NCBI GenBank assembly: GCA_030431055.1
Contig: JAUIJA010000009.1
Coordinates: 14,665-78,664, forward strand
Reading direction: 5' to 3'
DNA from: Bacteroidia bacterium
GTDB taxonomy: Bacteria > Bacteroidota > Bacteroidia > Flavobacteriales > Flavobacteriaceae
Length of the DNA: 64,000 nt
In this document: piece after piece, positions 1 to 9,758 of the stretch
How positions within the stretch are numbered: the first letter of the stretch is position 1
Layout: each line of letters begins with the position of its first letter
The notes under the pieces: model-generated
Databases searched by the model: none
The model's input: only the letters and a program-made list of their open reading frames with translations
What the model was told of the DNA's origin: nothing
Program-made: the position numbers and the translations under genes

Positions 1-1361
1 CTAAATTGTTCTTTTTGGCGCCAAGCCACGCTTTCTGGTAACATTTCTTCGAAAGCTTTACGCAAAACCCATTTTTCCATTCTTTCACCATTTATCATTT
101 TATCTTGCGGATTAATTCGCATCGCAACATCCATAAACTCTTTATCTAAAAATGGAACACGACCTTCAATTCCCCAAGCCGCTAAACTTTTGTTGGCTCG
201 TAAGCAATCATACATGTGTAATTTACTTAACTTACGAACTGTTTCTTCGTGAAATTCTTTAGCGTTTGGTGCTTTATGAAAATATAAATAACCACCAAAT
301 AACTCATCTGAACCTTCACCAGAAAGCACCATTTTTATCCCCATTGATTTAATAACTCGTGCCATTAAATACATTGGCGTTGAAGCACGAATTGTAGTTA
401 CATCATAAGTTTCAATGTTATAAATTACATCGCGAATGGCATCTAAACCTTCCTGAATTGTAAATTTTATTTCGTGGTGAATCGTTCCGATATGATCTGC
501 TACTTTTTTTGCTGCAGCTAAGTCTGGTGAACCTTCTAATCCAACAGCAAATGAATGTAACTGTGGATACCAAGCTTCTTGTTGGTCTTCCGATTCAATT
601 CTTTTCTGAGCAAACTTTTTAGCAACTGCTGAAGTAATTGATGAATCTAAACCTCCTGACAATAAAACTCCGTAAGGAACATCACTCATCAATTGTCTTT
701 TTACAGCTGCTTCTAAAGCTTCTTTCAATTCTTGAATACTTGTTTCATTTTCTTTTACATCCTCAAATTCTGTCCATTCGCGGTTGTACCATTTTACTAA
801 TTCTCCGTCTTTACTTGACATGTAATGTCCTGGTGGAAACAATTCAATTTTTGTACAATATCCTTCTAATGCTTTTAGTTCTGAAGCAACATAAAAAGTT
901 CCAAATTGATCCCAACCAATGTATAACGGAATAATTCCCATGTGGTCGCGAGCAATAAAATATTCGTCTTTTTCTACATCATAAATGGCAAAACCGAAGA
1001 TTCCGTTTAATTCATCTACAAAACTTGTTCCTTTTGCTTGATATAATGCTAGAATTACCTCACAATCGCTTTCTGTTTGAAATTCGAATTTTCCCTCAAA
1101 TTGTTTGCGTAATTCTCTATGGTTGTATATTTCGCCATTAGCAGCCAAAACCAAACTCTTATCTTTTGTAAATAAAGGTTGTTTCCCAGAAGCCGGATCA
1201 ACAATTGCCAAACGCTCGTGCGCCATAATTGCTTTTTCATTACTAAAAACACCACTCCAATCGGGTCCGCGATGACGGATTTTTTTCGACATTTCTAATA
1301 CTTGAGGTCTTAAGGTTTCTGTTTTTTGCTTTACATCAAAGGCACATACAATTCCACACAT
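1..1361 (-). CDS. asnB: Asparagine synthase B (glutamine-hydrolysing), 3' end runs off window
   Basis: Missing from the ORF track (truncated). Manual translation from ATG 1361: MCGIVCAF...IRHRGPDWSG (Ntn Cys) and PYGVLLSGGLDSS. Confidence 0.96.
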   Translation of the reverse strand, partial: MCGIVCAFDVKQKTETLRPQVLEMSKKIRHRGPDWSGVFSNEKAIMAHERLAIVDPASGKQPLFTKDKSLVLAANGEIYNHRELRKQFEGKFEFQTESDCEVILALYQAKGTSFVDELNGIFGFAIYDVEKDEYFIARDHMGIIPLYIGWDQFGTFYVASELKALEGYCTKIELFPPGHYMSSKDGELVKWYNREWTEFEDVKENETSIQELKEALEAAVKRQLMSDVPYGVLLSGGLDSSITSAVAKKFAQKRIESEDQQEAWYPQLHSFAVGLEGSPDLAAAKKVADHIGTIHHEIKFTIQEGLDAIRDVIYNIETYDVTTIRASTPMYLMARVIKSMGIKMVLSGEGSDELFGGYLYFHKAPNAKEFHEETVRKLSKLHMYDCLRANKSLAAWGIEGRVPFLDKEFMDVAMRINPQDKMINGERMEKWVLRKAFEEMLPESVAWRQKEQF

Positions 1362-1581
1362 ATTTTTTAATTTAGAATTCAGAATATTTTTACTTTTTAT
1401 TATGAAGCAAAGTTGAGTATTTAAGTTTTAATTTTAAATTATAAATTAACTTTTAGTTAAAATTTTTAAACTTTATTCTTAAATTTATTTATAAATGAAA
1501 TTAAAATATGTTTTTTTTGTATAGAAAAGTTAGAGATTGTAATTTTTCTATTCATTTTCTTTGCGAAAAAGAATAAAAAAA

Positions 1582-1688
1582 CGTCAGTTCGAGTATTTTT
1601 GAGTAGTATAACGAAACAAAAATGTATCGAGAATAGTTTTTTATAAGTTCTCGATACAATTTTCTAACGAAAATCACTCGAACTGACG
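1582..1688. repeat. REP-like composite palindrome
   Basis: CGTCAGTTCGAGT...TGTATCGAGAA / TTCTCGATACA...ACTCGAACTGACG nested inverted repeats. Same motifs at 4590, 40855, 41803, 58555. Confidence 0.9.
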
Positions 1689-1693
1689 AAAGT

Positions 1694-2146
1694 TTAATAA
1701 ATCTCTTGAATTATGTAATTGATTCCGTTGAAGGAAAAGGAATCGTTTTTGGTTTTTCCTTTCATGGCTAAGCCAAGTGGTGATTGCAACGATAAGGCAA
1801 TAATTTCTTGATTATCGATGGTTACTTTTGGTAAAGCTGAGGAAATATAAAACGTAAACTTATTAGTAATTACTAAACTTCCTAAAGCGACGATTGTATT
1901 TTGTTTAGAACTATCGATAGATTCTAAAAGTGCTAATTGCTCTAAATTTTCTTTTAGTTTTTTGTTGAGTTTTTCTTGCTCGAGGTGCATCATCGATAAA
2001 GCGGTTTCATGCTTATCACCAGCTGAACCTTTTGCATCGTTTTGAGCATCTTCGGCTAAATCGTTAATTTGAAAACGAAGCGTTTTGATTTTTTCTTCAA
2101 GAAATTGAATGTAATGGGAATTAATCTTTGGCTTAAGATTATTCAT
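1694..2146 (-). CDS. GreA/GreB-like protein (Bacteroidota type)
   Basis: N-terminal coiled coil with AGDKHET tip; C-terminal VALGSLV...SLQSPLGLAMKGK resembles the Gre C-domain. Confidence 0.7.
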   Translation of the reverse strand: MNNLKPKINSHYIQFLEEKIKTLRFQINDLAEDAQNDAKGSAGDKHETALSMMHLEQEKLNKKLKENLEQLALLESIDSSKQNTIVALGSLVITNKFTFYISSALPKVTIDNQEIIALSLQSPLGLAMKGKTKNDSFSFNGINYIIQEIY

Positions 2147-2711
2147 CTAAATGTGGTATTATCAACTTAGGAAAATTTATTCCATTTGGCCCTTTAATTC
2201 CATCTTTATTTAAGTAATATAGTTTCTTTTGTAGTTTTAAATTCAATAGATCCAAATCTTTTTTAAAATCATTATTAAAAAAGGTTTCATCAACTAAATC
2301 TGAATATTTTTTTGGAATTGGATACTTACCCCAATAAGGAACAACTTCACTCAAAAGTTGCATAATTTCATTATCCCGATTAGTAAAATTAATAGATAAA
2401 ATTTTTTGTGACAATTTAATCAAATTATGCCCTGAAGAAATTTCACTTGATATCTTACCATCTGCAATCAAATTAGGTTTTTCAGAAATTAAAATTCCTT
2501 TCAATAAATTCTCGATTGAAAATCCATTTAAAAGAAAAAAAGTTCTTGAATAATTTAATTTAGAAATATTTTTATTCTCAGTTTGAAAAACTATATGAGT
2601 TTTGTTAGACATTTCCCACAAATCATCCGAAGCCTCTTTTAATTCTCTAGCATAATCAAACCATTCCTCTGGTAAGCCTCTTTGTATAAAATCTTCGATT
2701 GTCCTTTTCAA
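2139..2711 (-). CDS. Hypothetical protein with HEPN-like motifs
   Basis: ORF 2139..2765; likely start is TTG 2711 because the ATG overlaps the upstream gene. Motifs GFSIENLLKG, GHNLIKL, WGKYP. Confidence 0.55.
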   Translation of the reverse strand: MKRTIEDFIQRGLPEEWFDYARELKEASDDLWEMSNKTHIVFQTENKNISKLNYSRTFFLLNGFSIENLLKGILISEKPNLIADGKISSEISSGHNLIKLSQKILSINFTNRDNEIMQLLSEVVPYWGKYPIPKKYSDLVDETFFNNDFKKDLDLLNLKLQKKLYYLNKDGIKGPNGINFPKLIIPHLDE

Positions 2712-2721
2712 AAAATAATAA

Positions 2722-4485
2722 CTAAAAATCAAACTTATAATTCGCTCCAAACATTCCTTGTACACCTTGTACTGGGAAGTTAGCCCAGCGATTGTATTGT
2801 TGGTTCGCTAAGTTGTTTCCTTTTAAATAGAACGTTAATCTGTCGTTGTAATTATAACCAATGTGTGCATTTAAATCGAAAAAGCTATCTAAAGTAATTT
2901 CCTTTCTTTTATATGGAACTAACAAATCTGTATCATCAAAATAACTTACTTCATCTTTACGTTCGCCAACAAAGAAAATATTTGCTACAGCATACCATTT
3001 ATCAGTAATATCGAAATCTAAATTAGCTCCAATTTTCAATTGTGGTAAGTTAAACGCTTCGGTAGCATATTCTGTATCGTAATTGTTGTACTGTCCGTTT
3101 AAAGCTAAGCTTACACTTTTTGAAAAATCGGCTTTAATTTCACCAAAAATACTCAACGTTTTTACATTGTCATAAAACACATTAAATGAATTTCCGAAAG
3201 CATAACCTTCGGTATTGGTGTTTTCTAAAATATTGGCATTGCTAACAAACATTGCTTGATTGTCGCTATTAGCATACGAACCACGAACATTGAACGAAAC
3301 CGAATTGGCTAATTTTCCTTTTAAACCAACATAAATATCATATTTAGCATCAGTTGGACCAATAAATAACGTTGGCGAAACAAACGGATTTTTCTCTACA
3401 AAATCGGCATACGAATTTTGATTTAAATCGCCTTCGGCTCCAGCATAACCAATTAGCAAATCGCCTACTAATTTATACGATGCTTTTACATTGGGATACA
3501 CAAAGAATTTATTTTCGCTTTCATTATTGATTTCGCCCATTGAATAAAACAACCCTACTCCTATTTGCACCGACAAATCGTCTTGTTGGTATAAAAAGCT
3601 TGGTTTTGCTCCTACAATAATATTGTTATAATCAATTTTAGTTTCGTCTTGATACATTCTATCGAATGAACCGCCTACATAATCAAGAATAACATCGGCG
3701 TTTATTTTATAATCCATAATATCAAAGTCGAAACTTGGTTTTACCCAAAAACGATTTTCTCCCGAGCCGAAATCATCAGAAAAACGTTTAAATTGCATTG
3801 AAGCATCGCTAAAAAAGCTTTTCTCCATTGCCATTTTTCCACCTAATGCTATAGTATTATAGACTTGTTTTTCTTCTATATTATCGATTGTAGCGTCATC
3901 AAAAAAGATGTTCTCATAAGGTAAACCATACCAATTAGACACTTGGTTTTTAACGCCTAAATCTACATTCCAACTTAAATCACGATTGCGAGAACCATAA
4001 GTTACATCTAAACCTGTAGTTGCAAATTTATCGTCTAATTTAACATCTTGAATTCCGCCTTGAGATGATAAATGACGAATCATTCCACCTACATAACTAT
4101 CACGACCGAAATTGTGCGTTAAAAATAATTCTCCGTTAATAGTTCCATAATTTCCAACGCCCAAAGTTGCATAATTACTAAAAATGCGTTCTTTTTTCTC
4201 TCTATCTACAGCAGCTGCTTGACCTTTTGCCGGTGTAAAAGTTGACGCTACAGGAAACGAAAAAATATTGTATTGTATTTCTTCTTTTTGTGTGTTTTCT
4301 TCGTCGTCAATTACTGGTGTTTCTTTTACTTTAAAAGCATCAGAAATTGTTGGTGTATAAGGTTTTACTACGTTTACTACTTCAGAACCAATATTTTCAT
4401 CTTCTTGTGCTAATGAAAACTGTGTTGCTACTGCTGTTAAAACTATTGGGAAATATATTTTGATGTTTTTCATGTTCATTTTCAA
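2722..4485 (-). CDS. Outer-membrane beta-barrel protein (TonB-dependent receptor-like)
   Basis: Signal peptide, amphipathic beta strands, C-terminal GANYKFDF beta-signal. Confidence 0.8.
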   Translation of the reverse strand: MKMNMKNIKIYFPIVLTAVATQFSLAQEDENIGSEVVNVVKPYTPTISDAFKVKETPVIDDEENTQKEEIQYNIFSFPVASTFTPAKGQAAAVDREKKERIFSNYATLGVGNYGTINGELFLTHNFGRDSYVGGMIRHLSSQGGIQDVKLDDKFATTGLDVTYGSRNRDLSWNVDLGVKNQVSNWYGLPYENIFFDDATIDNIEEKQVYNTIALGGKMAMEKSFFSDASMQFKRFSDDFGSGENRFWVKPSFDFDIMDYKINADVILDYVGGSFDRMYQDETKIDYNNIIVGAKPSFLYQQDDLSVQIGVGLFYSMGEINNESENKFFVYPNVKASYKLVGDLLIGYAGAEGDLNQNSYADFVEKNPFVSPTLFIGPTDAKYDIYVGLKGKLANSVSFNVRGSYANSDNQAMFVSNANILENTNTEGYAFGNSFNVFYDNVKTLSIFGEIKADFSKSVSLALNGQYNNYDTEYATEAFNLPQLKIGANLDFDITDKWYAVANIFFVGERKDEVSYFDDTDLLVPYKRKEITLDSFFDLNAHIGYNYNDRLTFYLKGNNLANQQYNRWANFPVQGVQGMFGANYKFDF

Positions 4486-4528
4486 TTACGAATTACGAAA
4501 TTTCAATTTTGGTAATTTGTTTTTATTT

Positions 4529-4649
4529 AGACACTTCGACAAGCTCAGTGTGACAATTTATAACGTCTGTTCAAGTGTTTTTGTTTCGATTCTCGATACT
4601 TTTCTTTCAGAAAAACTCGAATTGACGAAACAAAAATGTATCGAGAACT
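4529..4649. repeat. REP-like cluster between the TPR and barrel genes
   Basis: AGACACTTCGACAAGCTCAGTGTGACA (4529-4555), then TTCTCGATAC...ACTCGAATTGACG and ACGAAACAAAAATGTATCGAGAA (also at ~1611). Confidence 0.85.
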
Positions 4650-7600
4650 AATTTGTAATAGATGAATTCGTTTTAGCTTCTTCTGTTTTAATTTTTTCTA
4701 ATTCTGCTTTTGCTTCTTCTACAACATCAGGATAATCGGTAAAGTTTTTAATCACACTTTCTAAAATGTAAGTCGCTTGGAAACTATCTTTTAATCCGTA
4801 GAAGTTTTTAGCCATTACTACTAAACCTTTTGCACCATAATATTTGTAACCCGAATAATCTTTGGCTATTTTTTGAACTATTTTATTAGAATCTTCAAAT
4901 TTTCCATCTTTATTTTTGAAATACGCATCGTAGAATAAAGCTTCAGCTGCTAATTCCCCTTTTGCGATTTTTAATAAATCGGCATAAGCTTGACGTGCTT
5001 TTGGTTCGTTACCAGTTTTCATAGCTGAACGTGCTACGATAATTTGAGCATCACTCTTAATTCTGTCGTCTACTTTATCGTTAGCTAAAACTTTATCAGC
5101 ATAAACTACAGCATTTGCATAATCTTCTTTTTCGTAATAGGCTTTCATTAAGTTTGATTGCGCATAGGTTACGTTTTGTGGAAATTCTGCTTCTGTTTCT
5201 AAACGTTTTAAAACAGGAATTGCATTTTGATAGTCTTTTGCTTTTAAATTCACTTGACATAAACGTGCCAATGCTTGTTCGGTAAACTCGTTACGTGCTT
5301 GATTAATTACAAACTCATAATGTTTAACCGAATTACTTTCTAAATCATCAGCAAAATATAATTGTGCCAAGTAGAAATTTGCTTTTAAAGCATGTAAACC
5401 ATTCGGGAATTTCGCCACATAACTACTAAATCCAGAAATCGCTTGTTTTGTATTGTTCATTAAATACTGTTTCTCCGCAGACTCGTAAGTTGTATTATCT
5501 AAATCGGCATTTGAAACCTCAACATAGCTTAATCCTTTTACCCATTCTGTATATTCATCGATACGTCCGTTATCTACATAAATTAAACGCGCCGTTGCAA
5601 CTGCTTGTAAAGCTTCTGGCGAATTTGGAAAATCGGCAGCCACTTTTTTGAATTTCACTAAAGCTGGTTCGCTTTTGTTGTTGTTATAATAAATTAAACC
5701 TTGTTTCAAGATAGATTTCGATTTGTATGAACTACTTGCATAATTTGCTATTAACTTATCGTAAGTAGCAATTGCTTTTTGTTCGTTATTTTCGTTTGTA
5801 TAGGTATTTCCTAATTCATACAAAGCATCATCTGCATATTGAGAATTTGGATACTTTTTTGCGAAAGCTTCTAAATCTTCAATTTTTCTTTCGTTTCTAC
5901 CTACAAATCCGTAGCTAATTCCTTTTTGAAATGCTGCATAATCACTATGAACACCATTCATTTCAATGGCTTTATTATAAGCATCCATTGCTGGCCAATA
6001 TTTAGCTGAAATAAAATTACAATCACCTAAACGTAAATAAGCATCGGTTTTACGCGTATTATCATTTTTAACCGTGCTTAAATAATCGGTAAAATGAGTA
6101 ATTGCATTGTCATACTCTTTTAATTTGAAGTAGGAATACGCAAGATTATAATTCACATTTGCATATTCAGGCGTTGAAGCAGCTTCGTTATACCCCATAA
6201 ATTGCTTGAAGCTTAACATGGCTTCGTTGTATTGATCCAAATTATATTCGGTTTCTGCTTTCCAAAACGTTGCTCGAGCCGTGAATTTTTGGTCTTTATT
6301 TTCTGAAATAGACTTTTTAAATAAATTAAAAGCTCCTTGATAATCACCATCAGTATACAATTCTAAACCTCTATAAAAAGCAACTTTTTGGTAAGCCAAA
6401 CGGTTTTCGGCTGTTTTATTTTTTTCTAATAAAGCTAAAGCTTCCGTATAATTTTTAGATGTGATATACGAACTAATCAATAAATTATTAATTTCTTGTT
6501 TATACGGTGTGTTTGGATATTTATCTAAATACGCATTTAACACTTCAGGAACCGACTGGTATGGATTTCCTAATTCGTAACTCAATTTTGCATAATTTAA
6601 AAACGCATCTTCTTGAATTTTTAAATCAAACTCCATTTCAGAAGCTGTTTTAAACGCATTTAACGCTTCTTGTTTACGATTAGTTTTTAAATAACATTCT
6701 GCCAAATGATAATAGGCATTTTGCGCTACGCTATCTTGTCCGTTAATAATTTTATTAAACTGACTGATTGCATTTTCGTAATCTCCGTTTTTATAATACG
6801 TATAACCTAATTGGTAAAAATCGGTATTATTCCATTTTCCTTTTTTTCCTCTGTAAGCTTGTAAATAAGGAAGCGCTTTGTCGTATTGTTTTAAATTGAA
6901 ATAACTTTCACCAATAATTTTAGACAATTCACTTTTTTCAGCAGCATTCGACTTTGGTAATTGTTCCAAACCTAAATCGATAGCTTTTTGAAAGTTTCCA
7001 AGCTTAAAATTCATATCGGCTTGAAAATAGCCCATTTTCTCTTTGTACTTATCTTGATCTGAAACTTGTTCGAAATATTGATTGGCACTATTATAATCAT
7101 CGGTTTCATACGACATATAACCTAAATAATATTTCGCCTGACTTCCGTATTTTTGAGAATTAACAACTTTGTTCAAGTATTTTTGCGCTTCTTTTTTATT
7201 TTTCAAGGTGAAGTTGGCATAACCCTTTTGAAAATTATATCGTTCTTTTTCGGCAAGTGACATACTAGAAGTATCCGCTTTATCGAACCATTCTAATGCT
7301 CTAGGGTAACTTCCTTCTGCAAAATAATAATGTGCAACTTCAATATAAGCTTGATTTTGTTTAGTACTTGTAGGGTAATCTTCTACAAATTTTTCAACCA
7401 TAGTATCAGCTCCAAATTGATTTAATCGAATAGCACAATTCGCAATATAGTAAGCACAATCCGCTTGCACTTCTTGATTAGTAGTTGAAGCTTTTACTTT
7501 TTCAAATATAATTTGTGCCGATTGATATTGTTTGTCTTTATATAATGCTGTTGCTTTTTCAAATTCTTTTAAATCGTGCGTATAAATTGCCGATTGTTGT

Positions 7601-7662
7601 GCAACTGAAATAACTGGCGTTGCCGAAAGTAAGAATAGTGAAAGTCTAAATACTTTTATCAT
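4648..7662 (-). CDS. Large periplasmic tetratricopeptide-repeat protein
   Basis: Many TPR units and a signal peptide. Start 7662 preferred because a TATCTTTG box (7687-7694, minus) overlaps the longer start. Confidence 0.9.
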   Translation of the reverse strand: MIKVFRLSLFLLSATPVISVAQQSAIYTHDLKEFEKATALYKDKQYQSAQIIFEKVKASTTNQEVQADCAYYIANCAIRLNQFGADTMVEKFVEDYPTSTKQNQAYIEVAHYYFAEGSYPRALEWFDKADTSSMSLAEKERYNFQKGYANFTLKNKKEAQKYLNKVVNSQKYGSQAKYYLGYMSYETDDYNSANQYFEQVSDQDKYKEKMGYFQADMNFKLGNFQKAIDLGLEQLPKSNAAEKSELSKIIGESYFNLKQYDKALPYLQAYRGKKGKWNNTDFYQLGYTYYKNGDYENAISQFNKIINGQDSVAQNAYYHLAECYLKTNRKQEALNAFKTASEMEFDLKIQEDAFLNYAKLSYELGNPYQSVPEVLNAYLDKYPNTPYKQEINNLLISSYITSKNYTEALALLEKNKTAENRLAYQKVAFYRGLELYTDGDYQGAFNLFKKSISENKDQKFTARATFWKAETEYNLDQYNEAMLSFKQFMGYNEAASTPEYANVNYNLAYSYFKLKEYDNAITHFTDYLSTVKNDNTRKTDAYLRLGDCNFISAKYWPAMDAYNKAIEMNGVHSDYAAFQKGISYGFVGRNERKIEDLEAFAKKYPNSQYADDALYELGNTYTNENNEQKAIATYDKLIANYASSSYKSKSILKQGLIYYNNNKSEPALVKFKKVAADFPNSPEALQAVATARLIYVDNGRIDEYTEWVKGLSYVEVSNADLDNTTYESAEKQYLMNNTKQAISGFSSYVAKFPNGLHALKANFYLAQLYFADDLESNSVKHYEFVINQARNEFTEQALARLCQVNLKAKDYQNAIPVLKRLETEAEFPQNVTYAQSNLMKAYYEKEDYANAVVYADKVLANDKVDDRIKSDAQIIVARSAMKTGNEPKARQAYADLLKIAKGELAAEALFYDAYFKNKDGKFEDSNKIVQKIAKDYSGYKYYGAKGLVVMAKNFYGLKDSFQATYILESVIKNFTDYPDVVEEAKAELEKIKTEEAKTNSSITN

Positions 7663-7844
7663 TTTTGTAGATTGCTTTAGTGACATCAAAGATACTATTT
7701 CATTATGGTAATAACGAAAAGAGCATCTATTATATTGTACTTTTTTTAAACAGATTTATTAACGATATTTTTATCTAATGTTCGTTTTTTACTATTTATT
7801 TTCTTTATTCATTCGTTTATATTTTCTTTTTATTTGTATTCATG

Positions 7845-8007
7845 AATGCTTTGCATTTGCTTGTCCAAAGAAAACGAATCAAAAGGAAGGACACTTTTAC
7901 GAGGAATTTTTAATTTTCGATTAAAACCATCTGAAAAACTCTGCGGACTTTGTCCTGAATTTCAGAGCTTTTTCAGATTATTCTGCGTAAAAGAATTGCA
8001 AAGCATT
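7845..8007. repeat. Structured MITE-like or ncRNA-like element
   Basis: 11-bp terminal IR AATGCTTTGCA/TGCAAAGCATT, internal stems CTTTTACG/CGTAAAAG and ATCTGAAAA/TTTTCAGAT, possible pseudoknot TGTCC/GGACA. Confidence 0.65.
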
Positions 8008-8179
8008 GCTTTACTTAATAACTATTTACATTATTCAGAAATACAAAAATCTCATTTAATTTTCATCTTAATTATCGGCACTATCAATATTCTTCACATT
8101 GAAATTAATTTATAAATTAAAATTTTGTAACCGAAAATTTAGTTCTTATTTTTACGAAATATTTCATTTAAGTAAAAGT

Positions 8180-8863
8180 ATGTCAACTACAATATTATCC
8201 TTACAATCGGCGAATATTTATCAAGAAAAAAACCCAATTTTAACCAATGTTTCTTTAGATGTAAATCGTGGAGAATTTATTTATCTAATAGGGAAAACTG
8301 GAGCTGGAAAAAGTAGTTTTTTAAAAACTCTATATGCCGATTTACCTTTAAAAGAAGGAAGCGGAACTATTGTAGATCATGATTTACGAAAACTGAAAGA
8401 AAAAGACATTCCGTATTTACGTAGAAAATTAGGCGTTGTTTTTCAAGACTTCAAATTATTACCAGATAGAAATGTTAAGGAAAATCTTTTATTCGTTTTA
8501 AAAGCTACTGGCTGGACTGTAAAAGAAGAAATGAATCGCAAAATCGATGAAGTTTTGGATAAAGTTGGCATGAAAAACTATCAAAATAAAATGCCGCACC
8601 AACTTTCTGGTGGTGAACAACAGCGAATTGCAATTGCTCGTGCTTTATTAAACGACCCTGATTTAATCTTAGCTGACGAACCAACAGGAAATCTTGATCC
8701 ACAAACTAGTGTGGAAGTAATGGAATTATTGCGCAAGATTAATGAAAACGGAAAAACTATTGTAATGGCAACTCACGATTATGCTTTGTTATTAAAATAT
8801 CCTTCAAAAACCTTGAAATTTGACGAAGGAAAAGTTTTTGAAGTTGTACAAAGAAAGGTTTAA
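8180..8863 (+). CDS. ftsE: Cell-division ABC ATPase FtsE-like
   Basis: GKTGAGKS, LGVVFQDFKLL, LSGGEQQR, LADEPTGNLDP; start MSTTILSL at 8180. Confidence 0.85.
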   Translation: MSTTILSLQSANIYQEKNPILTNVSLDVNRGEFIYLIGKTGAGKSSFLKTLYADLPLKEGSGTIVDHDLRKLKEKDIPYLRRKLGVVFQDFKLLPDRNVKENLLFVLKATGWTVKEEMNRKIDEVLDKVGMKNYQNKMPHQLSGGEQQRIAIARALLNDPDLILADEPTGNLDPQTSVEVMELLRKINENGKTIVMATHDYALLLKYPSKTLKFDEGKVFEVVQRKV

Positions 8864-8864
8864 A

Positions 8865-9743
8865 ATGCTTTCTATATTAATACCTACTTATAATTACAAC
8901 ACACTTCCTTTAGTCAAGGAATTAAAACAACAGTTAGATTTATTGAAAGTAATTTATGAAATTAGAATACAAGATGATGCAGGTCAACTTTTTATAAATG
9001 AAAATTCAAATATAATTGCTTTAGAGCATTGTTATTTTAAAAGAAATAATGAGAATTTAGGAAGAAGCAGAAATATTAACTCGTTAGTAAATCAATCTAA
9101 GTATGATTTTGTTTTAATTTTAGATTGTGATGTTTTCCCTAAAGATGCTGATTTTGTTTCTAAATATATTAATGAAATCTCAGAAAACTTAGAGTTTGTT
9201 TTTGGAGGAATTTGTTATAATGAAAATACAAAACCTAAAAGCAATTCTATTTTAAGATGGAAATATGGACTTAAAAGAGAAGCTATTTCACTTGATAAAA
9301 GAATTCAAAAACCATTTAGGCACTTATTGACTTCAAACATTTTAATCAATAAAAAGAAATTAAGAAACCCTCTATTTAACAACAGTATTACTTTATATGG
9401 TTATGAAGATTTAGAGTTGGCTTTTTGGTTAAAAAACCAAGATAAACATGTTAAGCATATAGACAACTCCGTTTATCATCAAAACTTAGAAACATCTGAA
9501 AAATTTATTGTTAAGACTGAAGAAGCTCTTCAAAATTTAAAACAATTAGAACAAAATAGAATTTTGCCAAAAAATTCAACAATAATTAGCTCTACTTACA
9601 ACAAACTATTTTTTTTAGAATCGATTGTTAATAAGGTTTCTCCTTTTTTATTGAAAAACATCAAACCTAATTTGATTTCTAAAAATCCTAATTTATTTTT
9701 TTTCGATTTGTATAAATTACTTTATTTCTTTTCGGTTAAGTAA
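8865..9743 (+). CDS. Glycosyltransferase family 2
   Basis: MLSILIPTYNY, QDDA, LDCD, GYEDLE. Confidence 0.9.
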   Translation: MLSILIPTYNYNTLPLVKELKQQLDLLKVIYEIRIQDDAGQLFINENSNIIALEHCYFKRNNENLGRSRNINSLVNQSKYDFVLILDCDVFPKDADFVSKYINEISENLEFVFGGICYNENTKPKSNSILRWKYGLKREAISLDKRIQKPFRHLLTSNILINKKKLRNPLFNNSITLYGYEDLELAFWLKNQDKHVKHIDNSVYHQNLETSEKFIVKTEEALQNLKQLEQNRILPKNSTIISSTYNKLFFLESIVNKVSPFLLKNIKPNLISKNPNLFFFDLYKLLYFFSVK

Positions 9744-9758
9744 ATTTAGATAGAAAAC

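Noticed and set aside
638-1255. ORFs 638..934 and 1055..1255
   Set aside because: Shadows of asnB, which the track missed because it is truncated.
1582-1688. REP clusters as CRISPR repeats
   Set aside because: No regular repeat-spacer array and no cas genes.
4460-4651. 63-aa plus-strand ORF
   Set aside because: Translation of the REP cluster, antisense to real genes.
7846-8115. 89-aa ORF upstream of ftsE
   Set aside because: Coincides with the structured element; no protein-like motif.
8180-8863. ftsE lacking an adjacent ftsX as a degraded locus
   Set aside because: All ABC motifs are intact; unlinked ftsE/ftsX is, from recall, usual in Bacteroidota.
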